Assembly: GCA_904063045.1 (NCBI GenBank)
Contig: CAJFCJ010000011.1
Location: 558,001-622,000, forward strand
Source: Dimorphilus gyrociliatus
Taxonomy: Eukaryota > Animalia > Annelida
DNA: 64,000 bases
Direction: 5' to 3'
Shown here piece after piece: positions 53,448 to 64,000 of this stretch. The notes under the pieces are model-generated. The model was not told where the DNA came from. It did not search any database and saw nothing but the letters and a program-made list of their open reading frames with translations. How positions within the stretch are numbered: position 1 is the stretch's first letter; the number at the start of each line of letters is the position of its first letter. Made by a program: the position numbers and the translations under genes.

Positions 53448-56304
53448 ATGTCGCTTTCGTTAAGAATTCTTCTTAATCGTTATAATATTATATGCCAAAG
53501 GGAAAAGTTTTTAAATACTGAAGAATACTTCAATTTTGTTGAAGAAGTAAATATTTTTCTAGTCGTTCCTCTTTTATCGCTCCTCGTGTGAAACTCAATA
53601 GAAAATTTCATAGTAGAATACTTTTAACGTAAATGCAAAACTTATTTTTATCAATTACAATTTGTTTACTTTTCAGATAATGAACGATATTGGTTGTATA
53701 AATATTGGCTTGGAAGAGAAAGAAGCTTTATCTCAACTTTTACTCAAGCTACTACTTTTAACTTGTTCTAAGATGTCTAATTCATTATTTCATGACAAAT
53801 GCAGAAATTCTCATAGACTTCTTGATCGACTTACTCAAAATATTTATCGTTTATATTTACATCCCGAAGTTTTCAGTGATAGGAATTATATTCGAAAAAA
53901 TCTGAAAGCATATGAGGATAATGATGAATTTTTTTCGAAACTTGGATACTCATCTTTAAGTAAGACAATATAGTAAGTTTATAACTAATTAGTTACATAC
54001 GTTAAAGTTATTTACGATTAATATTTTAGCTGTATTCTAAAAGAGCCTTGGAGTTTATACAAGAAACTTTTAAACCCCGAAATCAATACATTTCCATACA
54101 GAGTATACTTATTTAACAACTGCGAAAGTGAGGATTTAATTCGCTGTCGAATTCGCCTTTTGATTGAGGCGAGGCAACATAACCTTGTCTTATTCGTCTT
54201 AAATTCCTGGCTACAGTTTGAATCAGTTCGCTATAATTCAGAGTTAAGATGTTATGCAATAGTAAATGCCTATCTATATGGTGATATTGGGGCTCTAAAT
54301 GAATATGTGGGTTAAAGTCATTTCAATTTTTATTTACGAAATCTAATTTAGCATTTATAGCTCAAGTATTTTACATTTAAAGACATAATTTTTTCTTTGA
54401 CTTTTTTAAAAAAAAGTATAACTTATCATAAAGACAAAGAACCCGCAAGGAAAGGCAAGGAAACACTTAAACATTTCCGTTTATTTCATATAACTACAGT
54501 ACTTTAATTTCAGGTCACGGTCCCACTTCATGGCATTTGAATTTATTTTCGTCGACACCATATTACTTATCTATCCAATCGGACACTCTGCAACATCTAA
54601 TAAATACAGTATGCAATCATTCTCAGGTTTTTCAGCTTCTTGGATCTTCACACCTACAGCTAGGATATGAAGTAAAACTATAATTTCGATTTAACATTTA
54701 AATATTAACAAACGTTCTTGCCATTTAGGAAACACTTTACCAATGGATAGAAGAAGTAATTACTAACTCAAATCAAAAAAACTTTTTGTTTGAAAAATTA
54801 ATCTCAAGTATTAAAGTTGATTTATTAAATAAAGTCTCATTAATTATTAATATCTTCAGCAAACTGGTAAAAATTTCTAGTATTTCTGATATGCTCTTGA
54901 ATTAAATAATTTATTCAAGCTTTCATACTCTTTGAACTCTCAAATAGGGCAAAGCAAAAGAAAACTTTGGAATTATTTTGAAATGCGTTATGTTTTCACT
55001 TGCAAAAGTTTTTTATTTTGCTGAAGAAGACAAGGAAAGTGATTTACTTGAAACTGCAAATCTATTTGAAGCCTTATCTAATACAATGAAAGATGCTTAT
55101 CCTTTGTTTCGCCGTGCTGCATCATTAGCGAGTTTCACGTTAAAACCGAGTAAATCGACGAAGGATGCGATCATTGACTCATATGAAAGACTCCAAGAAC
55201 CTCTAACTTCAATTCTTATCATTCAGAAGCACGATATAAAAGGCCAATTTGATCATAATTTACGTGGAAATATTAAAACTTTTCGAGAATTTTTTTATTC
55301 GGACTCAAAACGAGTAATCGTTAAAGAAATAACCAAGGCTATGACAAATATAAGGAGCTATTGTGCTACAAATGTAGATTGGCCAGAGGAAATTATTCTT
55401 TTCGAGTATGTTCTGGATACGAATAACATAATATAATAATTTGAATATTTGATATATACTTTCCAGATATGCTTTACCAACTTTTGAGATCGACGACGAA
55501 AATATTTTAATTGCGGTCTTTCATATTCTTGCAGCTGTGACTCGGCGTCGACTGTTGGCGCTGACTCACGATAAGGAGATTTTAAAAAATGTTCTTGACG
55601 ATATGCTTGAAGCTATAGATAGGAATATAAGTGTCGAAAGAGAGTCTGTTAGACTGCAAAGTGTGTGCGATGAAACAGCTGGGTCACTCACGTCAAATAT
55701 TAATACATACCTACAAAATATAGATAGAATATTTCCACCTCTCGAAGATGGTTTGCTTAAAATGAATAGTATCTTTGACAAAAAGAAACTGGAATATGAA
55801 AAGAAATATAATAACTGTGAAATTGAACTTCGCAAGAAGAGAAAGATTGGCTTGGCATGTTATCACGCTGCTTCTCTAGACTATGATTCTGATATGAAAT
55901 GCCGGTTATCAGGGAGAAAGTCTGACATGGAAACGTGCGATACTAAATACACTATACGTGTCAAATTTATCAAAGAAAAGATATCAGAAACAGTTGATAA
56001 ATCTTTTTTGATACCGTTTTCTGATCTGAATTCTAGAGTATTGTCGGAAACTTATAGCAATGCTATTTTCAAAGAGTTTGAGCAATATCCAGCTTATTTC
56101 TACAAAACAAAAATGAATGCAGATAAATATGCAATAATGTTTTTTGACGAATCGAAACAGTATATCACCCAGACAACACTAGAAAATGTTCAAGATTGCG
56201 GTAAAAAAAAGAATACATTAGAAAGTAAAAATGACATAAGCTCGAACATTTCTAAAATAGACTCTAGTAGAAGTTATTTATATGTAAATGGTCACAGACA
56301 ATAA
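53448..56304 (+). CDS. Orphan large multi-exon protein, unknown function
   Basis: ATG 53448. Phase-compatible junctions at 53546/53677, 53972/54030 and about 55405/55469 link the 103-, 152- and 255-aa ORFs. The 54450-54950 junctions were not resolved; no family recognised. Confidence 0.6.
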
Positions 56305-56546
56305 GTTGCTGCAAAATGAGTTTGTGTAATTTTCAATTTATGTTTTCCGATCCTCGTCGAAAAAAAAGTAGCCGTTTATTTACAGGATTTCAATGATAGA
56401 CATTTGGAAGTTTAAATAATGTACGCTAATTTTTCTAAGAATATTAAAAAAATTTATAGGTGTAAATAAATATTCTTTCTGCTGTATTTTGAAAAACAAA
56501 AGCAATAATTGTCACTTTTAACTACATTTAAAAATATGAATTATAA

Positions 56547-58021
56547 ATGCTATTGTATTTTTATTTTCAAGTATTTTTGTGTATTTTTGTTCAAACTAAA
56601 AAATTACAAACGCTCAGAAAGACAAAAATTTTTCATTTAAAACAATTTTACAGAAGATACCTAGAGAAAGACGCGTATTATCCAGACGAAGAATATGCTT
56701 TTTCTGAAATTTACTCAAGAACTTTGTGGCGAAGTAAATCAGACTTCGTTTCAATCGAAAAGTTAAAGACTTTTAATGATTTTTGTGAATGCGCTGTTTC
56801 TTCAACTGAAATAACTGTAGCTTGCGATAAAAGTCCAGATAAAAAGAGAAAATCTAACCGGTTATGTAATCGTAAAGGGTTTCTTGGTAGGGAGTCACTT
56901 GTTATAAAATGCAATATGCTTAATAGACAAGGATTAAATAAAAGGCCGCAAGTACGAGTTTTAGCTGAGGCAATTTCATCTTATAAAACAAAAATTGAAA
57001 TAATTAACTGTCCTGCTGACTTCTTTAAATTCCTTCCCGATTGCCAACTTAAACCGGAAGTTGGTTACTTTTATGAAGGTATGGATTTTTAAAAATTTTT
57101 CAGTTATTTGTCTAATATTTTCATTCTTAAATAGAAAACAGAGCTAATAAATTAGAAGCTGAATTGGTGTTAGTCAATACCCCAAGCGTTCCTTGCGAAC
57201 TAATCGGGGATAATGTAAATTTAACATTAATTCTAGAGCCACCTGCTACTGAGATAGCTCGCTATTTTTTCAAGCCCGATGATCGGCAGGATTGGCTGAG
57301 CTGGATCATACAAATGAATATGACTGATCATGATATACATTATTTTCTAATTTCTAATATAATAAGACCAAAACACTGTAAATTTTCAGGCCCTAAGATT
57401 CTACTATCCAACATTAATATACTATTTCAGCCCTTTGCCTTCAAAGTAAATATCGTTTTAATTGATAATATTCTAAGTTTATTCAAAATGGAAGAATTAA
57501 AGATGTTGGATACCATTGTATTTTCAATGAATACTATTGTGGAAGTTACTATACGCGAACCTGAGGATGAGGAAGAGAAGGCTTTAATGATAAATAAAAT
57601 AAGACAATTAATTGTTAAAAAGATATTAGCTGAGGGATGTGAAAGTTCTCATGGAGCAGCCCTCTTAATTCAATATTTACCATATGCCCTTAACATAAAA
57701 TACGGAAAGATAGATTATTGGCCGGAGGGAGATATATATGTTTTTATTGAACACGCTGATGGAGAAGTTGGAGTTTTATTTTACGATTACTGTTGTTACA
57801 AGGAAAAATCAGTAGCATATAGTATGCCTAACGAGGTTATTCGAGATGAAAATGGGATTAATCGCATTGTGATAAAAAAGGAAGATCAACTTTGGGAATT
57901 TCCTTTAGATAATTGCCCTAAACGCCCGAAATATAGATCGTATCCGAATGAGACGTCGCTAATTAAGCAATATGCTGAAAACCTGCTAAATGAAATTTAT
58001 GGAGTAGGAGTGGCAGATTAG
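56547..58021 (+). CDS. Orphan 2-exon protein (about 470 aa) with signal-peptide-like N-terminus
   Basis: MLLYFYFQVFLCIFVQT start. Donor GAA G|GTATG (about 57080) joins acceptor TAG|AA AAC (57135) in frame with the 57164-58021 ORF. Several Cys are present. Confidence 0.6.
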
Positions 58022-58089
58022 AAGAAACATTTAAGTCTAAAAGTAATTATTTGTTTATTTAAAGAAAAAGAGACCTTGATAAACATAGG

Positions 58090-59164
58090 TTATTCTATCG
58101 ACTCTTCCCTGTTCATAGTCGTTAATGCTCTTTTGAATACCTCTGAGACTTCTCTAGGCATTTGTTTTCCATATAATCGAATGTATCTACATAAGGTTAA
58201 ACCTTGGACAGAGTTAGGATCTACGCCTTCGGGCCATTTTTCGGAATTAAATACTTTCATCATTGTTGACAAAGTCAGTCCAACGTTTGATGCTCTTCTG
58301 AAATTCTTTTCTTCCTCTACTGGAGGAGGTGTTGCTTTCCTAACATATGGTTTGGCTGTTTCTGTGATTGTAGAAGAGTTATAAAGTTTACAATTGGCAC
58401 ATACAAAAATAATATACCATATTTAGATATATTTTCGTATAAAGTCTCTTTCTTCAAGTCTAAGTTGTCTATAATGCCAGTTTCTTTCTCAAGTAATTTT
58501 TTTCTTTTATATTCCTCTCTGCGTTTTGAAGGCGGTTCTTCCCATTGTTTTCTTTGAAACACACCCTCGCTAATCAAACGACCAGTCGAATCTTTCCTAT
58601 ACAATGGAAGAAGTTCATTATCTAGTTGCTCTTTTCGCCTTATTTCTAAAAGTCTTCTTCTTCTCATATTCTCTTGCGCTATTGAATCATTTTTAATAGG
58701 TGAATTCTTGTTACTTCCATTAAAGGGATGAGCCTTCAACCAATTTTCAACTTTTTCCTTCTGTTCAATTCCCTCTAAGCTGTCGAAACGAAGTATAATA
58801 TATTTTTATTTAGCGAACTTTAGAGAGTTTATAATTGCGATAAACTGATTTAAGTGAATCATAAAATTCTGCCTTTTTTTAATAATAAAATATTAATATA
58901 TCTCTACCGTATTCTTCTTTCTATCTTTTTTCGCTCTCCAGCTAATCTGACCATTGCAACGTAAACATTTTGCTGTAGACGTTCAATTCTTGTTAAAGCC
59001 GCATTCTGTTGATTAAACCAACAGTCAACAGACTGTGACAGCTTTGATTTTACCGCTTTATTCCTTCCAACGGTTGTTGGATGAGATTCACTAATAAGTG
59101 GTCTAACTAGTCCATGAAGGTTGTCTCCACTCATTTGGGAGCGTTTGTACCTCATCGCTGCCAT
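58090..59164 (-). CDS. Orphan 3-exon basic/coiled-coil protein
   Basis: ATG 59164 (MAAMRYKRSQ). The ORFs 58904-59215, 58317-58739 and 58090-58272 are separated by short GT-AG gaps; the model ends REESIE*. Confidence 0.55.
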
Positions 59165-59870
59165 ATTTTGAAATACTCTTTGGGGGCAAAAAGTTTGAGA
59201 AGAGGGAGTAAGCACGACCTACCAAACAAAGATTTAGTTAGTCAATTAAAATCCAACAATAAGAAAGGCCAATATTCGATATATATAAATGAGATTTTTA
59301 TTGCAAATCTGGTAATCCGTTCAATCGTACTAAAAAATACACTGTAAACACATTTTCGTGCTTAAAATAAATACAATTCTTTCAGACTAGTGCATTTGAA
59401 AGAATTTAAAAAAGTACTGCAGCGCTCTTGAGAGAGAATTAACTGTATGATATGTAATTAAATGGTATATACTACAGACATAAAACAACGTTTTAAGCAA
59501 ATATTTTCCATAAATTCATAATATCCCATTATCCTAAGCTATTTTTAATTGATTCAATAAATAAACTTAGTTTTATGAACGCTTGTGATAAAAATTGAGA
59601 TTTTCCATATAGCAGAATAATGTAAACTTAAATAATTCAAAAGATCATTCGGCTGTACATTAAGAATTGAGTTTTTCTCCTATTTATAAATATTAAACTT
59701 ATCCTTTATTACATTTTTAATAGGCTTAGTGATCCTTTAAAATAAATTACACAATTACAAAATATAGCGTCATTATACCATCACTTTTAAATTTTAAATT
59801 TCAGCTATTAAAACATCGTTTAACACCATATCAATATCTTTCGCAAAAAAATTATCACTAACAATATACT

Positions 59871-62800
59871 ATGACAGACTGTCCCTGCAAAGAAGACTTA
59901 TCCAAGAGAACAAAGAACAAATGGAAAATTTTCTCGAAAAGAAAACCCTTCACGAATGAAAAAAAAGATAAATGCAGCGTTTGCACAAATATGTTCAATG
60001 CTTGTTCGATATGCCAAACACCAGTGGTACAGTTTCCTATTGTTTTCCAGCCGACAGAAATACGAGGAGGTAGTTCAGTTAATAGCTTCAAAGCTATTCT
60101 AGTACCAAATGTCGAAACTTCTTCAAAGACACTTTTCCAAATCAATTTAGGACAGTTTATTTTTGATTATCATACTGTAGAGATGGTTGAATTGAATTAC
60201 GAAAATGAAAATGCTAGAGTTATCCTATATTGTACAATAGGGTTACAATCCGGTAAGACAAATTTTAATGGTTATGCTGTTGAAAAAGATCAAAAGTTAA
60301 CCCTAATCTGTACCTGGCGATCAAAGGAAGATGCTGGAAAATCTTTTAAAAGACAACTAAACATTAAGCCTTTTGTAGAGGCTAAAACAGATCAATATGT
60401 TGAAGATGATGATGCCTCATTTCATATACAACTTAGACCAACTGGTTTCATAGAAGACGATGAAAATATATATCAAGTTGATGATAAAGAGAGGAGACCT
60501 ATATCCGTCTCAATTGAAATGGACTCAGATGCTAAAATATTTGACGAGGAACTATCAATAGTTCATCACAACATGAGTCGGCATGAACCAGGCGTTTGGA
60601 GCTGGAAAAGGTTTCATAGAAAGACGTCTAATTCCTTAGATGATAAACCAATCGTTTGTTCCCAATTTCAATATCAAGGTTTAGAAACGTTTCGTCGACC
60701 AGAAACATTCATTCGCATTGTTAGCGATACTATCGATGAAAAACTAATAAGGGCGGCCGTTACCGATAATCCCATTCTTTTAGCCGTTATAAAGGCGTTC
60801 GAAGTAAGGTTATCAGAAGCAACTGTAATAAATATTGATGAAATTATTAAAAGACAATTTGAAGCCGTGCTTTTTAAACCAAATTCATTTAAAGAAATTG
60901 TTTATAATATAGACATTGAAACACCTTCAAGGGAGCGTCAAAAGTATGTTACCATTGTTTCGGAGCAAACGAGTGGAATTATTAACACGGAAACCGTTCC
61001 ACTAACTTATATTGTTAAAGAAGATTCCTCCTCCTTTGAAGATGGTCTTCAAGTTGTCAACAAATCAGAGGATTCTCTAGACGATAATGAAATATATATT
61101 ATGGTTTCAGAAATTGGTTTTACTGAAAACAAAGTTCTTTTGAAGATACTGAATCCTTTTAAATACTTCAAGTAGGTTGCATTTTGTAAATACTCTATTA
61201 ATTTTTTATTAATTAAAGATTATAATTTTTTATTCAATTAAGAAAAAACTTAAAGGAGTGTTTACCTACTCATGCTTCCAATTTTATAAGCGTCCTCTCC
61301 TGGGTACTACAGAATTACTGGATATCAGGCGAAAGAGAGGATGGTTTATGCAATGATAATCGAACAGCATCATTTTGCTGGAGACGTACATCAACTCCAA
61401 TGAATAAGCATATGTGGAACGAAAGAAATGCCAGATCAGATGGAATAGACTTGGGAGCTATATGGAGGTCTGATTTGAAAAATGATATTGCTATGGACAC
61501 GGAAAATCAGTCCAGAGGAGAAAATGAATTTTGGACAGAAGACTTTGGTATTGTCGAGTTAAGGAATAGTGCATTTACTTCGGAAGAAGTTAAAACTTTA
61601 CCTACTTCTATTAAGGAAGAGACTTTTCCAGTTGTTGTTGACCATGAATCTCTACGTGCCGAATCAGTGTCACTTGAGGATGCTGTCTCGACTAATTTGA
61701 ATAATGACCATGTTGTTTATGACGAACGGGAACAAGAAATTGACGAGAGGTTTGATGTAAAGGTCTCTCCGGAGTCTAATTTCGAAGAAGATTTGATTCT
61801 TGTCAATGATTTGGAGCCATCACTCATAGAATCTTTAGATGATAAAAACGATTCAAAGATTCCAACGATCAAAATTAAAGAGGAACTTGGAGGGACATAC
61901 TCTATCTTGTCCGAAACTGACCAGGAGAATAAATTGGTAATTGAAAATGAAAAGAATACATCTATCATTGAAGGGAGTAATTCTCTTAAACAATCGTTTA
62001 ATATTGATGAAAGTGCAAATAGCATTCAACAATCGAAGGAGAAAGAGGCAATTAACATTCGTGAGGAAAATTTGATAATTAATGAAAACCCAGCAGAAAA
62101 TAACGATAAAGACGATAATGCTATGATCCAAGACAATATAGATGATAAGACATCTCCGAAAAGTCCCTTAGCCCTTGAAATAAAAAAAGAGAAAAAAAAC
62201 AAGCGTAAATTTTGGAAACGAAATCATAAGCCTTCAAACATAGAGGATAAATCTTCCAGAGAAGACTCAAAAAGACGATCTAAAAAACGAAATTTACTTA
62301 TCAAATGTTTAATTGGAGGGGGAACAAATTCTTCAATTGATCTCAGTCGACAAGAAGTCAAAGTTAATGAAGAAAAAAAACAATCAGTTATTGAACTTAT
62401 TGATAAGATAAGATCAGAGGAAAATATCTTGAAACCCCAGTCCAAAAAGAGTAATATATCTATGAACTCGTCAAAAACTTCTATTAAATCAAAGAGATCA
62501 CAAGCTCTACTGTCTAACAGACAGAGATCTATGGGAAGTATAAACTTGCTTTCACAGAAGGAAAGAGAAGAGAAGGAGCAGGAGGATAAAAAAAAAGATG
62601 AAGAAGAAGAGAAGAAAAAAGTCTCAAAATCTAATAAGAAAAAATTTTTTAATTTCAAACCAAGAAAAATTATTACAAAGCATCCTAAGAAGTCAGATTT
62701 AAAAAAACGTGCTAGTGTTCGCCTATCGGAAGGATCTCGAACAGTAAGGAAAGCAAGAGAATGTAATGAAACTGAGGAAGCGCTCTTCACTATGATCTCA

Positions 62801-63404
62801 CAGGGAAGTCAAACTGCTCAGAAAAATCCTCATAGTGAAATTTGTGAAAAAATAAGTCCATTTTCCGTTAATGAACCTCAATCCCTCAGGGAAGATATTG
62901 TTAACGAAATAGAACGTCGTATTATTCAAGAAGCTACTTTACATAAATACCTTGCCCTATGGTAAAAACTTAATATTTTCTTATTATTTTACCGTATAAT
63001 GATTTACTACCCAAAAAAACATAGGAGAAACGAAGAGGAAACTAACAAAAGGATGGATCTTTTAAGTGAAATGCTTAAAAGAATGGAAGAAATAGAATCG
63101 GAAATGATGAGAACTAGTTTACCTCCCGCTCAGGCTAAAAAGACAGATCTTACAATGACTGTATTCGAAAATTCTCCACTACAAGGTTTGCTAAATATTT
63201 TTCGATACTTTTTGTTATTAATTTAAACATTTCTCATTATATATAGATTTATACAAAGAATTTATAAATGATAGATCAAAGCTTAAAGCGAAATATGACA
63301 TGATAACTAACAATGTGCAAAAACAAGCCGTACTTGAAAGCGTGGATGAGATTATTAAAAGTTATACTTTATTTAAGAAGGCATTGGAAGCAAAGATTGT
63401 ATAA
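59871..63404 (+). CDS. Orphan large protein (about 1,100 aa), probably one 4-exon gene joining the 434-aa and 521-aa ORFs
   Basis: Donor AA|GTAGG at 61171/61172 and acceptor TTATAAG|C at 61290/61291 join in frame (61292 to 61400 is 108 nt with no stop). Further introns at 62962-63024 and about 63188-63247; stop at 63404. Confidence 0.55.
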
Positions 63405-63443
63405 TGTGCAAAAGAATAATATCTAATAAACTGTCAATCCTCA

Positions 63444-63476
63444 CTCTTTCTCCCTCTCTCTCTCTCTCTCTCTCTT
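63444..63476. repeat. (CT)n microsatellite
   Basis: CT dinucleotide run just downstream of the last gene. Confidence 0.85.
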
Positions 63477-64000
63477 TTGAAGTATTATCTCAATGAAAAT
63501 AATAAAGTTTTTGTAAATTGTCTTTAATAAAAATTTGAAATGATTATTATAAAGTTTAGGAAAGCGATATTAAAAAAGTTGGTTATAAATTAATATGCAT
63601 TTATTAATAGTAAATGAATAGAAAAATACTTGAAAATCAAATATTTAATCTTAATTAGCAATAACAATTCAATTTGAATTCGTACTCTTTCACCGAGCTT
63701 ATTGATCTGTGCCAAAGTACAAAGAATATTTGAATATTATCAATAAAAGGAGAGCTAAAGTATTTATAAAAACTTATACTTATTGTTAAGCCAAACATAT
63801 TTTTTTCTTTTGGTTACAATTGTTTATATAAGTTCAAAGGACTCGTAATAAAAATTGTAGTTATATACGATTATAAACCATTTAATCTACTATACACGTT
63901 ATCTTCTTTTCTCTTTTTCTATATTTATCTTTCCAGCAAGTCGTTAAATGTAGCTAAAATCACGAACTGGAATATCTATTTAACGAAGTAAATAAATCAT

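Noticed and set aside
62224-62790. 188-aa minus-strand ORF, and similar shadows at 51235-51651, 51880-52227, 6372-6674, 2091-2486 and 39213-39434
   Set aside because: Antisense shadows of low-complexity coding exons on the other strand.

Overview
Eukaryotic (animal) genomic DNA: AT-rich and gene-dense, with mostly 45-100 nt GT-AG introns and several head-to-head gene pairs whose start codons lie under 200 bp apart. The architecture suggests a miniaturised invertebrate genome such as the annelid Dimorphilus; this is inference only. Recognisable conserved genes, in order: ZSWIM8 (5'-truncated), MAP4K4/MINK1/TNIK (misshapen), MPV17L2, EDEM2, POLA2, TIMM50, SMG9, FNTB, CNRIP1, CCDC13, two tRNA-Val genes, MYEF2/HNRNPM, UTP15, POLR3E, ZDHHC24, ATP5MK (absent from the ORF track) and ARID4A/B. 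There are also several orphan genes, including a block of about 10 kb at the right end. The stand-out is a six-exon gene at 30850-32471 encoding a PvcA/Dit1/IsnA-family isonitrile (isocyanide) synthase. This is a bacterial/fungal secondary-metabolism enzyme family, here lying 185 bp head-to-head with the animal gene CNRIP1 and carrying host-type introns. It is a candidate domesticated horizontal transfer that could give an animal its own isocyanide or formyl-tyrosine chemistry. All exon models were built by hand; no database searches or expression data were available.
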